A DNA stretch of 64,000 nt from Patescibacteria group bacterium (GTDB lineage Bacteria; Patescibacteriota; Patescibacteriia; UBA9570), in NCBI GenBank assembly GCA_041660305.1, contig JBAZWO010000004.1, positions 32,873 to 96,872 on the forward strand, given 5' to 3'. Both the position numbers and the translations under genes were made by a program. The notes below the pieces were generated by a model. That model was not told where the DNA came from. It saw nothing but the letters and a program-made list of their open reading frames with translations, and searched no databases. Below, one piece after another: positions 18,820 through 27,364 of this stretch; within the stretch, counting starts at the first letter, position 1; every line of letters begins with the position of its first letter.

Positions 18820-18875
18820 GTATCTACTATATACTATTTTATCTATTTATAAAATAGTTTTAATAATTAATTTAT

Positions 18876-19030
18876 TTCTCCCCCTTCCACTAAACACCTA
18901 CCTCACTCCCCCTACCCCCTCTCTCCTCTAAGGAGAGAGGGGGAAATAAGAAATGATAATTAGAGAAATTACTCCTCCTCTCCTTAGAGGAGAGGAGGTT
19001 GGGAGGTGAGGTAGGACGTTGGGGGTAGAA
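18876..19030. repeat. MITE-like family-A composite element, intergenic copy
   Basis: CACCTACCTCAC…CCCCCTCTCTCCTCTAAGGAGAGAGGGGG…CTCCTCCTCTCCTTAGAGGAGAGGAGG…GTGAGGTAGGACG has the same architecture as 11790-11912. Confidence 0.8.
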
Positions 19031-19037
19031 GAAGTTT

Positions 19038-20087
19038 ATGTACATCGTCATTCGCGCCGGAGGCGTGGGCACACGGTTGTGGCCAGTGTCACGGCAAGCT
19101 AAACCAAAACAATTTCACGCGCTTACTAGCCGCAAAACTTTATTGCAAGAAGCCGTAGACCGAGTGGCTGATATGGTGCCGGTGGAGCATATTTTTGTGT
19201 CTTGCAATAAAGCGGCGGAGTTAGCTGTGCAACAACAGTTAAATATTAATCCACAACAAATTATCAGCGAGCCGGTATCGCGTGATACCGCCGCGGCCAT
19301 TGGTTTAGAGGCCGTGCTAATTGCTAAACAAGATCCTACAGCCATTGTGGCTAGTTTAGGTTCCGATCATGTTATTAACGATACAGCCGAGTTTCAACGG
19401 GTATTGAAATTAGCCGAAATTACTGTGCAACAACAACCTAAACAAATTGTGTGCATTGGCATTACACCAAAACAGCCAGATACCGGGTATGGTTATATTG
19501 AATTAGGTAAGCCAGTGGCTGGTGAAGTGTTTCAAGTGCATTCTTTTAAAGAAAAGCCTAGTTTAGAAATAGCGACAGAATTTTTAAAGAGTGGCCATTA
19601 TTTATGGAATGCCAACATGTTTGTGTGGCGCGTGGATACATTATTAAAATTGTATCAGCAATTCATGCCAGCTATGTACCAACAATTATTAGAAATACAA
19701 GCTAACCCAGATAAATTACCAGAAATTTATGCTCGGTTAGAAAAAGTAGCCGTGGATTACGCTATTATTGAACGAGCACCGCATATTTTAGCTATGCCTG
19801 GTAGTTTTGGCTGGAATGATATTGGTGATTGGGCGCGCTTGAAAGATGAATTAGCGCCTAGTGAATCGGATAATTATGTGAATAAACCAGATAATCATGT
19901 TAGTATTGATGATAAAAATATTTTAATTCATTCAGAAACTAATCGAGTGATAGCTACGCTAGGTTTAAAAAATATTATTATAGTAGATACGCCAGATGCA
20001 TTGTTGGTTTGCAAAAAAAATCGCAGCCAAGGCGTAAAAGATTTAGTGGAAATATTAAAAACACGTAATCGGTTAGACGTGTTATGA
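19038..20087 (+). CDS. Mannose-1-phosphate guanylyltransferase-type sugar nucleotidyltransferase
   Basis: 349 aa with the N-terminal motif VIRAGGVGTRLWPVSR…KQF and a DTGYGYIE region. Confidence 0.8.
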   Translation: MYIVIRAGGVGTRLWPVSRQAKPKQFHALTSRKTLLQEAVDRVADMVPVEHIFVSCNKAAELAVQQQLNINPQQIISEPVSRDTAAAIGLEAVLIAKQDPTAIVASLGSDHVINDTAEFQRVLKLAEITVQQQPKQIVCIGITPKQPDTGYGYIELGKPVAGEVFQVHSFKEKPSLEIATEFLKSGHYLWNANMFVWRVDTLLKLYQQFMPAMYQQLLEIQANPDKLPEIYARLEKVAVDYAIIERAPHILAMPGSFGWNDIGDWARLKDELAPSESDNYVNKPDNHVSIDDKNILIHSETNRVIATLGLKNIIIVDTPDALLVCKKNRSQGVKDLVEILKTRNRLDVL

Positions 20088-21085
20088 AATGGTTAGCGCG
20101 AGTGGCGATAGCCTTATTAATTGTGTTAGCTATTGCTTTTGGTATTTATTTATTAAATGTAGCTCAGGTAGTGAAATTAGAGCAGCCGGTTACCATACAA
20201 GTGCCAAATACTGGTAGTACTTGGTTGTCCATCACTACATTAGCTGAAGCTGATATTATTTCATCACGCGTAGCTTTTGCCGTGCACTTGATATTAACCA
20301 ATCATTGGTTCGATGTGCAGGCCGGTAACTACACTTTTACCGGTCAAAATTCTTTCAATACGGTAATGAAAATTATCACGCAGCCGGGTGATTACCAGCC
20401 AGAGGTGCAAGTTACGTTATTAGAAGGCTGGACGAATGAACAAATGGCGGATACTTTTGCTAAAAAAGAGTTAATGACGAGTGCCCAGTTTTTAACTGCC
20501 GCCAGTGCGCCGGATACTACCGGTTACACTTGGCTAACAAGCCGGCCAGCGGCCGCTGATTTACAAGGGTTTTTATTTCCCGATACATACCGGTTTTTTA
20601 AAGGCGCCGAACCAAGTGATATATTACAAAAAATGTTAGATAATTTTGATCAAAAATTTACCAAACAAATGCGTGATGATTTAGCGGCTAGACAGCATTC
20701 GGTTTACGATGCCATCACGTTAGCTAGTATTGTAGAAAAAGAAGCGCGTAGTTTTGAGGATAAAAAAATTGTAGCTGGTATTTTTTGGAACCGGTTAGCC
20801 ACCGGTAAACGCTTAGAATCCGATGCCACTATTAATTACATCACGAAAAAAAACACTACACTGCCTACGCTTAGTGATTTAGCTGCTGAATCGACTTACA
20901 ATACTTATCGTAATAATGGCTTGCCGCCAACACCAATATGCAACCCTGGTTTAGATGCCATTAACGCGGTTATTTATCCAACGGAAACTAATTATGTTTT
21001 CTTTTTAAATACGCCCGATGGCGCCATGAAATATTCCGAAACCTACGAACAACATTTAGAATTAAAACACCAGTATTATGATTAA
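20084..21085 (+). CDS. mltG: Endolytic murein transglycosylase MltG (YceG family)
   Basis: 333 aa with an N-terminal TM. YceG signatures are ASIVEKEA and YNTYRNNGLPPTPICNPG. It has a 4-nt overlap with the upstream gene. Confidence 0.85.
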   Translation: MKWLARVAIALLIVLAIAFGIYLLNVAQVVKLEQPVTIQVPNTGSTWLSITTLAEADIISSRVAFAVHLILTNHWFDVQAGNYTFTGQNSFNTVMKIITQPGDYQPEVQVTLLEGWTNEQMADTFAKKELMTSAQFLTAASAPDTTGYTWLTSRPAAADLQGFLFPDTYRFFKGAEPSDILQKMLDNFDQKFTKQMRDDLAARQHSVYDAITLASIVEKEARSFEDKKIVAGIFWNRLATGKRLESDATINYITKKNTTLPTLSDLAAESTYNTYRNNGLPPTPICNPGLDAINAVIYPTETNYVFFLNTPDGAMKYSETYEQHLELKHQYYD

Positions 21086-21779
21086 AGCAACCGCTAAACC
21101 AATTATTATTTCTTTAGGCGGCTCATTAATTGTGCCAAAACAACAAGTAAACGCAGTATATTTGAAAAAATTTATTACGTTTATTAATCAGCTGGCCAAT
21201 AACCAACAGCGCTTTATTATTTTTACCGGTGGGGGAGTAACGGCGCGGCATTATCAACAAGCGGCGCGAGCTATCACTAAAAAATTACCGGCCACGGCGC
21301 AGGATTGGATAGGCATCAAAGCCTCGTTATTAAACGCTGAATTATTAAAACAGCTATTAGGTAAATTAGCTAACGATATTATTATTACCGATCCGCGCGT
21401 AAAATTGCGCTGGCCTAAACCAATTTGGATAGGTTCCGGCTGGAAACCGGGTCGATCGACCGATTATGATGCAGTACGATTAGCGGTAGAAAACAATATT
21501 ACACAAGTAATTAATTTATCTAATATTGATTACGTTTACAATAAAAATCCCAAGCAGTTTCCTGATGCTAAACCTATTAAAACCATGACCTGGAGTGAAG
21601 CGAGAAAATTATTAGGCAACACATGGAACCCGGGTTTAAACGTACCGTTCGATCCGATTGCTGCCAAGCTAGCTCAGCAACACAATATTACGGTTAGCAT
21701 TATGAATGGGGAGAATTTAAAAAATGTAGCCGCAGCAGTTAACGGTAAAAACTTTAAAGGGACAGTTATACAATTATAA
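21078..21779 (+). CDS. pyrH: UMP kinase, archaeal-type
   Basis: 233 aa with an amino-acid-kinase fold (IIISLGGSLIVP, FTGGGVTAR, GWKPGRSTDYDA, VDYVYNKNP). Its length and motifs resemble archaeal PyrH rather than the longer bacterial form. Confidence 0.7.
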   Translation: MIKATAKPIIISLGGSLIVPKQQVNAVYLKKFITFINQLANNQQRFIIFTGGGVTARHYQQAARAITKKLPATAQDWIGIKASLLNAELLKQLLGKLANDIIITDPRVKLRWPKPIWIGSGWKPGRSTDYDAVRLAVENNITQVINLSNIDYVYNKNPKQFPDAKPIKTMTWSEARKLLGNTWNPGLNVPFDPIAAKLAQQHNITVSIMNGENLKNVAAAVNGKNFKGTVIQL

Positions 21780-22301
21780 TTCAGTCTGGCTAGTTTTATC
21801 AGTAACTTGTTCCTGCAATCTAGCCAAAACCGCTTCAGCTCCAGTTTGTTCAATCGCCGCTACTAATTTTATAATATCTTGGCCAGACCAGGTAGCGGCA
21901 ATTTTTAAAATACCGGCTGTTTGGCGGTTTAGTTCCGCAATATGTTCTGTGGTCGGTTTTTGTCGTTTTAATATGCTAACGGCAATGCTAACCATATGTG
22001 CTCTATTTGGTAGACTAGGAGTTGGTAGTGGATCTACATTCGGAAAATCTTTTACACAATTCTTGCCAAGTTCAGCCATTAAAGCGCCGATGTTTAACAA
22101 TGTTTGGGTATTTTCTGGTTCTGATTTATCGCGCAAATGTTCTCCTAAACAAGTTAAAGTAGCTAAATTTTCTGTGTTAAATTCCCTATGTTCTTTTAAA
22201 ATACTAGCAAATTCAAGCATTAATTTTAAAGCTTGTCCGGTTTCCGTAGCAGTTTCAGCAAACCTTTCTAGTCGTCTTAGTATTTTAATTTTTTCAGACA
22301 C
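21774..22301 (-). CDS. Hypothetical helical protein
   Basis: 175-aa ORF with host-like composition; I recognise no motif. Confidence 0.45.
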   Translation of the reverse strand: MSEKIKILRRLERFAETATETGQALKLMLEFASILKEHREFNTENLATLTCLGEHLRDKSEPENTQTLLNIGALMAELGKNCVKDFPNVDPLPTPSLPNRAHMVSIAVSILKRQKPTTEHIAELNRQTAGILKIAATWSGQDIIKLVAAIEQTGAEAVLARLQEQVTDKTSQTEL

Positions 22302-22404
22302 AAGCCTAATTATACACTAATATTCATTTTGTTAGGCATGTTTTCCACAGGCATAGGAGCTAAATAATTGACCATTTTTAGTATTTAAGTTACAGTAACA
22401 GCAC

Positions 22405-22506
22405 TTTATCGCAGACTACAAGCATTAAAATAAGACTTGTATAGATAATGGATTATTTTTGTCTGCGGTAAAACCGCATTTTTTTATTAGTAATTATTGT
22501 GTTTTT
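22405..22506 (+). promoter_or_regulatory. Candidate rplJ leader with mutually exclusive antiterminator/terminator helices
   Basis: CGCAGAC (22410-22416) can pair with GTCTGCG (22461-22467). The same 3' segment overlaps the hairpin TGCGG-TAAAA-CCGCA (22464-22478), which is followed by T7 (22479-22485) just before the rplJ ATG. Confidence 0.3.
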
Positions 22507-23037
22507 ATGGCTAAAACAAGGCAACAAAAAGAACAAGCCTTACAGGAGTTAACCAAGCTTTTGGATAATAAAGGAGTGGTAATGTTTGGTCATTCTGGCT
22601 TGAAAGTTAAGCAAATGGAAGACTTACGTAAAGACTTACGTAAAGATAATTTAACGTTAACTGTAGCCAAACGAAATTTGTTGCTGTTAGCGTTAAAAAA
22701 TAAGGGTTTGAGTTTAGCAGATAATGCCATTACTGGAGCAGTAGCAATTGCCGTGGGCGATGATGAGGTGGCACCGGCTAAAGCCGTGGCTAATTTTAAG
22801 AAAACAAATGAACAGGTAGAATTTTATGGAGCGTTGATTAACCAAACAGCTTTGGATGCTACTGCTGTAACCAATTTAGCTAAATTACCAAGCAAACAAG
22901 AATTACTAGCGAAGCTGGTCGGTTCGTTACAAGCGCCTATTACTGGCTTTGTTAACGTATTAGCCGGTAATTTACGTGGTTTGGTGAATGTGCTTAATGC
23001 CGTTAAAGACGGCAAATCTAAAGCGATTAATAATTAA
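22507..23037 (+). CDS. rplJ: 50S ribosomal protein L10
   Basis: The likely start is MAKTRQQKEQ at 22507. The L10 sequence is typical and is followed by rplL. Confidence 0.9.
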   Translation: MAKTRQQKEQALQELTKLLDNKGVVMFGHSGLKVKQMEDLRKDLRKDNLTLTVAKRNLLLLALKNKGLSLADNAITGAVAIAVGDDEVAPAKAVANFKKTNEQVEFYGALINQTALDATAVTNLAKLPSKQELLAKLVGSLQAPITGFVNVLAGNLRGLVNVLNAVKDGKSKAINN

Positions 23038-23065
23038 TAAATAATCAATTAACATAACAAATTAT

Positions 23066-23473
23066 ATGTCCGAAGAAAAAAAAGATGTAGTAGTACCAGA
23101 AAAATTTAAAACTCTGATAGAACAAATCGAAAAAATGTCGGTGCTCGATTTAGCCGAATTAGTTAAAATATTAGAAGATAAATTTGGCGTATCAGCTGCC
23201 GCCCCAGTAGCGATGATGGCTGCCGCTGGAGCCGGTGCAGCCGCTGCTCCGGTTGAAGAAAAGGATAGTTTTAACGTAGAATTAACTGCCATTGGCGCTA
23301 ATAAAATTGCTGTTATTAAAGTGGTGCGTGAAGTAGCTGGACTTGGCTTAAAAGAAGCTAAAGATTTAGTAGAAGCCGCTCCAAAAGTGGTAAAAGCTGA
23401 CGTGAAAAAAGCTGATGCGGAAGCCTTGAAAAAGAAATTGGAAGAATCTGGTGCTAAAGTAACTTTAAAATAA
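23066..23473 (+). CDS. rplL: 50S ribosomal protein L7/L12
   Basis: 135 aa with an Ala-rich hinge and C-terminal [12 protein letters not shown]…KEEAE-like domain. Confidence 0.95.
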   Translation: MSEEKKDVVVPEKFKTLIEQIEKMSVLDLAELVKILEDKFGVSAAAPVAMMAAAGAGAAAAPVEEKDSFNVELTAIGANKIAVIKVVREVAGLGLKEAKDLVEAAPKVVKADVKKADAEALKKKLEESGAKVTLK

Positions 23474-23585
23474 ATTAAATAATCAATCATACTTTGGTGT
23501 TATTAAAACAACACACTAGAGGCTTGGTTCCGTGTTATGCAGAACTCTCTAGTGTGGCCAGGGTAGTAGCTTAAAGAACTATTCT

Positions 23586-24329
23586 ATGACAACAACCGAT
23601 ACATCGTTATTAGAAATGCTCCAAGCCGGCGTACATTTTGGACATCGCATTTCCAAACGCCATCCAAAAATGAATCCGTTTATTTTTGGTGTGCGCAACG
23701 GCATTTCCATTATTGATTTGGAAAAAACCAAAGAGCAATTAGATAAAACATTAATTGCCATTGAAGAAGTAGCGGCTCAAGGCAAAACTATTTTGTTTTT
23801 AGGTACCAAGCGGCAAATTCAACCTATTGTAAAATCTGCCGCGGAAGCCGCTGGTATGCCTTACGTAGTAGAGCGTTGGTTAGGCGGACTATTAACCAAT
23901 TACCAACACGTGCGTCAACTAATGAAAAAATTAACCGATCTAAAAGAAGCGCGTGATCGTGGTGAATGGACACAACGTTATACCAAAAAAGAGCGCCTGG
24001 TGTTTGAACGAGAAATCGACCGCTTAGAAAATTTGGTCGGTGGTATTGAATCCATTAAAGGTTTGCCAGATATGCTAATGGTGTTTGATTGTAAAAAAGA
24101 AAAAACCGCTATTGCCGAAGCCGCTCGTTTAACTATTCCAATTGCCGCGATTACCGATACTAATATTAATCCCACACTCATTACTTATCCAATTCCAGCC
24201 AACGACGATGGTATAAAATCGGTAACGTATATTGCTACTAAAGTAGCGGAAGCGGTCAAACGAGGTCAAGCCCGGATTAAAGTGGTAATTCCACCAACTA
24301 CAGAAGTGAAACCAGCTTTAAAAAAATAG
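23586..24329 (+). CDS. rpsB: 30S ribosomal protein S2
   Basis: 247 aa with MLQAGVHFGH and a conserved S2 core. Confidence 0.95.
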   Translation: MTTTDTSLLEMLQAGVHFGHRISKRHPKMNPFIFGVRNGISIIDLEKTKEQLDKTLIAIEEVAAQGKTILFLGTKRQIQPIVKSAAEAAGMPYVVERWLGGLLTNYQHVRQLMKKLTDLKEARDRGEWTQRYTKKERLVFEREIDRLENLVGGIESIKGLPDMLMVFDCKKEKTAIAEAARLTIPIAAITDTNINPTLITYPIPANDDGIKSVTYIATKVAEAVKRGQARIKVVIPPTTEVKPALKK

Positions 24330-24344
24330 TTTAACAAGTTTATT

Positions 24345-24926
24345 ATGGGAACAGAACTTATTCAACAAATTCGTAATCAAACTGGTGCTGGAGTGTTAGA
24401 TATAAAAAAAGCGTTAGTGGAAGCTAAGAATGATGCTAATAAAGCCATTGAGCTTTTACGTAAAAAAGGTGAAAAAATTGCCGCTAAAAAACAAGCGCGA
24501 GTTACTAGTGAAGGGTTAGTAGAGGCTTATATTCATGGTAATGGGCGAGTGGGTGTATTAGTAAAATTAAATTGTGAAACCGATTTTGTAGCACGCACTA
24601 ATCAGTTTAAAGAACTGGCGCATCAATTAGTGTTACATGTAGCGGCGTACAATCCTACTTATTTATCCCCAGAAGAAGTACCAGCGGAATTAGTAGCCAA
24701 GGAAAAAGAAGTATATACTGTGTTATTAGCTAAAGAAAACAAACCGGCTAACATGATGGAAAAAATTATTGCCGGAAAACTGCAAAAGTATTATGCTGAA
24801 GTATGTCTGCTCCAGCAGCCGTTTATGTTCGATGAAACCAAGACGGTGCAACAAATTATTACGGGGCGGATTGCCGAGTTAGGAGAAAATATCAAAGTAG
24901 CTGAATTCAAGCGCATTAGTTTATAA
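24345..24926 (+). CDS. tsf: Elongation factor Ts (short form)
   Basis: 193 aa with an N-terminal UBA-like IRNQTGAGVLDIKKAL and CETDFVART. Confidence 0.9.
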   Translation: MGTELIQQIRNQTGAGVLDIKKALVEAKNDANKAIELLRKKGEKIAAKKQARVTSEGLVEAYIHGNGRVGVLVKLNCETDFVARTNQFKELAHQLVLHVAAYNPTYLSPEEVPAELVAKEKEVYTVLLAKENKPANMMEKIIAGKLQKYYAEVCLLQQPFMFDETKTVQQIITGRIAELGENIKVAEFKRISL

Positions 24927-24933
24927 TTAACTT

Positions 24934-25737
24934 ATGGACATTGCGTTATTGTATTACATTGTTCCAAGTGGGTTGGCGCTAGCCAGTTTAATAGTACTGG
25001 TAGTTATTCACGCGCGTAAAATTCCACAATTACGGTCGATTGATTTAGAAGCGATGCCAGAATATCGGCAACGGTTACAGCGTGATGCGTTAATTAAAAA
25101 TCGGTTTAGTCGAAAAATTGGTCAGAGCAAGGTATTGATTCGTAACATTAGTTTGCCAGTAGTGCATGTTATTGAAACACTGTTTAAAAATTTGTATAAA
25201 CGATTATTAAAATTAGAAAATCATTACAAAATGATGGCCAGTGGTAATGCTACTACACTTGCTGAGGAAGCTAAACAGCAACAATCGGCTATGGCAATTA
25301 TTCAAGCGGCAGACGCATTGTTAGCTCAAGAAAAATATTCTGAAGCGGAGAAACAATATATTGCCGCTATTACGCTTGATCAAACTGCGCAAGCCGCGTA
25401 CATTGGTTTGGTAAAAATTTATCGTGCGCAAAAAAATTACACACATGCTATTGAAACCTTAAAATTTTTAGTGCAACTAGATAGTGAAAATGAAACGGCT
25501 TGGCAAGATATTGCTAATATTTACAAAACAGAACATAAATTAGATGATGCACTAGAAGCCTATGAGCAAGCCTTAAAAATTTCTCCTAATAACCCAAAAA
25601 ATCTTGATGCCTACATAGAACTTGCTATTCTCAATAAGCTAAAATACAAAGCCCAAAGCGGCTTAGATCGTTTAACCGCTGTTAATCCAGATAATCAAAA
25701 GCTAAAAGATTATCAAGCCCAGATTGATGCTTTGTAG
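24934..25737 (+). CDS. Membrane-anchored TPR-repeat protein
   Basis: 267 aa with an N-terminal TM and C-terminal TPR-like repeats (YSEAEKQYIAAI, NYTHAIETLKFL, LDDALEAYEQAL). Confidence 0.65.
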   Translation: MDIALLYYIVPSGLALASLIVLVVIHARKIPQLRSIDLEAMPEYRQRLQRDALIKNRFSRKIGQSKVLIRNISLPVVHVIETLFKNLYKRLLKLENHYKMMASGNATTLAEEAKQQQSAMAIIQAADALLAQEKYSEAEKQYIAAITLDQTAQAAYIGLVKIYRAQKNYTHAIETLKFLVQLDSENETAWQDIANIYKTEHKLDDALEAYEQALKISPNNPKNLDAYIELAILNKLKYKAQSGLDRLTAVNPDNQKLKDYQAQIDAL

Positions 25738-25745
25738 TTAGCCGT

Positions 25746-25821
25746 GCCGTTGTAGCTCAGTTGGTAGAGCACCCCCATGGTAAGGGGGAGGTCACCGGAT
25801 CATTCCCGGTCAACGGCTCCA
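25746..25821 (+). tRNA. tRNA-Thr (anticodon GGU), CCA encoded
   Basis: The acceptor stem is GCCGTTG/CAACGGC and the D arm is TAGCTCAGTTGGTAGAGC. The anticodon stem is CCCCC/GGGGG with loop ATGGTAA. The T arm is ACCGG-ATCATTC-CCGGT, followed by discriminator T plus CCA. Confidence 0.85.
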
Positions 25822-25845
25822 GTTTAAAATATCATTAATCAATTA

Positions 25846-25873
25846 TCTCTGATACTAAACTCAGAGGTTTTTG
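25846..25873 (+). terminator. Candidate intrinsic terminator after tRNA-Thr
   Basis: TCTCTGA (25846-25852) pairs with TCAGAGG (25861-25867) and is followed by TTTTT. Confidence 0.45.
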
Positions 25874-25885
25874 ATTTGGCCTTGA

Positions 25886-25903
25886 CATCATCATCATCAT
25901 CAT
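25886..25903. repeat. (CAT)6 trinucleotide repeat
   Basis: catcatcatcatcatcat overlaps and immediately follows a TTGACA hexamer (25882-25887). Confidence 0.9.
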
Positions 25904-26071
25904 GGTAATTTTCTAAGTCACTTTCATTAATTATGAAGGTGAATTTTAATATAACTTGTTCTTTAAAATTTATGTTTGTCTGCCAATAAACTGACAGGGC
26001 GATCGCTATGTGAGTAATTTTTTTATTTGCACAGCGGTCGTTCTGTCATTAACTCTTTGGAGGGATTTTTT

Positions 26072-26335
26072 ATGAGGCTTTGGATCATAGTGACGTTGTT
26101 GCTTTTTTCTGGCTGTAATAAGCAGGTTGAAAAACCTGTTGAAAAGCAGCCTGATGAGCAGCCAGCGGTGTCGACACCAACGCCGACTCTGGCGCCAGAG
26201 CGGCGAATTCCCATTAACCCGCCTCCTGGTTGCACTTGGGAGGAAATTTTCAAGGCAACCGATGAAAAGGTTGTCTGTGTAAGGTCTGGACGCGGCTGGT
26301 TCTGGGACAGTGCCTGCAAGGGGCGGTGCCAGTAG
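26072..26335 (+). CDS. Small Cys-rich lipoprotein (foreign-composition cassette gene 1)
   Basis: GGAGGG lies 8 nt upstream of ATG 26072. The sequence MRLWIIVTLLLFSGC has a lipobox-like motif. The mature part is Pro/Glu-rich, followed by 4 Cys. GC content is clearly above the flanks. Confidence 0.6.
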   Translation: MRLWIIVTLLLFSGCNKQVEKPVEKQPDEQPAVSTPTPTLAPERRIPINPPPGCTWEEIFKATDEKVVCVRSGRGWFWDSACKGRCQ

Positions 26336-26352
26336 AAAAAAATGGAGGTTCT

Positions 26353-27102
26353 ATGTCAACGTTAGCAGAACGGATCGCAACTCATGTGGGTCATCGGTAT
26401 GGAGGTTCAGTGGAGAAGATGGGTTATTGTCTTCACACTGTTCTTGAAGTTGGGGACAATTACCCTACGGAAGGCAAGACCGACCTGACCGCACAGGGCA
26501 GGGAGCGACTTCATGCCGCAGGTGTTGGTAACGTGGTGGCAGGCATGATCGGATGCGACAGTGAGCAGTGTGCAGATGTAGTGGAAGCGATTGTAGGGAT
26601 GAAGCCATTTGTGGTTCTGGAATGGAAGCTGGCTTTGGAAAACGGTTTTGTGGGCTATGCCATGTATCGAGCACTGGTTCCTCAAGTATTGATGTCTCAG
26701 TTTGGTTATGTAGAACGGGTAGCATTACTGGCTACCATGTCTGGTCATACAGCAACGGCATCAATACTATGGCTGTTGGTAGGGGAGCGATATAAAAACA
26801 ATCTTCCCGCTATCATCCATTACTGGGTCAATGCCAGGGTGAATAATAAAGATGGCGTGCTGGTTATGAAGCGAGAGCGTTTCTGGGAACTCATGCGGAC
26901 TTGGGTATTCAAGCGGCGCGAAATGGGTATCATGGACCGTGTGCAGATGGCTTGGGCGCTGTGGCAGCAGCACAAGACTGCGCAGAAGTGTGGCACGGTT
27001 TTGGCACGTGTTTTCGGTGAGCTGGCCATGTTGGAAATGACTGAATCTGAGTTTATCGCTGAGGTCAACGGCAAGTTGGCCGAGGTCTACCCCGAAGAGT
27101 AA
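26353..27102 (+). CDS. Hypothetical protein, no recognisable family (cassette gene 2)
   Basis: The ORF is open from 26326, and ATG 26353 is preceded by GGAGG. It encodes about 250 aa that are Trp/Met-rich with one hydrophobic stretch (ALLATMSGHTATASILWLLVG). It is the longest frame in a region where all six frames are open because of high GC. Confidence 0.55.
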   Translation: MSTLAERIATHVGHRYGGSVEKMGYCLHTVLEVGDNYPTEGKTDLTAQGRERLHAAGVGNVVAGMIGCDSEQCADVVEAIVGMKPFVVLEWKLALENGFVGYAMYRALVPQVLMSQFGYVERVALLATMSGHTATASILWLLVGERYKNNLPAIIHYWVNARVNNKDGVLVMKRERFWELMRTWVFKRREMGIMDRVQMAWALWQQHKTAQKCGTVLARVFGELAMLEMTESEFIAEVNGKLAEVYPEE

Positions 27103-27112
27103 AGGAGAAATT

Positions 27113-27364
27113 ATGATCGTATCAGGTGCTGATCTGAGTCAAACGCTGCACGAGATCACGGATGAAGCCTTTGCAGGTAAACGCGATGGCGTTTTGTTTG
27201 AAGGCTGGCTTGTCCAGGTTCGGTGTGGCAGACTCGTGCGAGCGGTCGCGATCCAAGGTGAAGAGTGGTGGCATGCCACACTGTTCGATGAGTTTGATAT
27301 CGGAAGTACTGTTCAGGTGGTCAAGCAGGAAGGCAAGATTATCGCGAAAGCTGTCGAGCGATAA
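27113..27364 (+). CDS. Hypothetical 83-aa protein (cassette gene 3)
   Basis: AAGGAG lies 7 nt upstream of the ATG, and the gene starts 10 nt after the stop of gene 2. I recognise no motif. Confidence 0.5.
   Translation: MIVSGADLSQTLHEITDEAFAGKRDGVLFEGWLVQVRCGRLVRAVAIQGEEWWHATLFDEFDIGSTVQVVKQEGKIIAKAVER

Noticed and set aside
186-19030. Whether the recurring GC-rich hairpins represent a CRISPR array
   Set aside because: The copies are dispersed over many kb and not regularly spaced. They belong to several sequence variants, lack unique spacers of constant length, and there are no cas genes.
18890-19072. 60-aa ORF on the minus strand upstream of the nucleotidyltransferase gene
   Set aside because: It is entirely encoded by the palindromic family-A element, and its sequence is the typical repeat-derived P/S/L/E/R/G string.
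23490-23585. The stem ACACTAGAG…CTCTAGTGT upstream of rpsB as an S2 autoregulatory leader
   Set aside because: It is a single 9-bp helix with no match that I can recall to known S2 leader features. It might simply be the rplL terminator region. I note it but the evidence is too thin.
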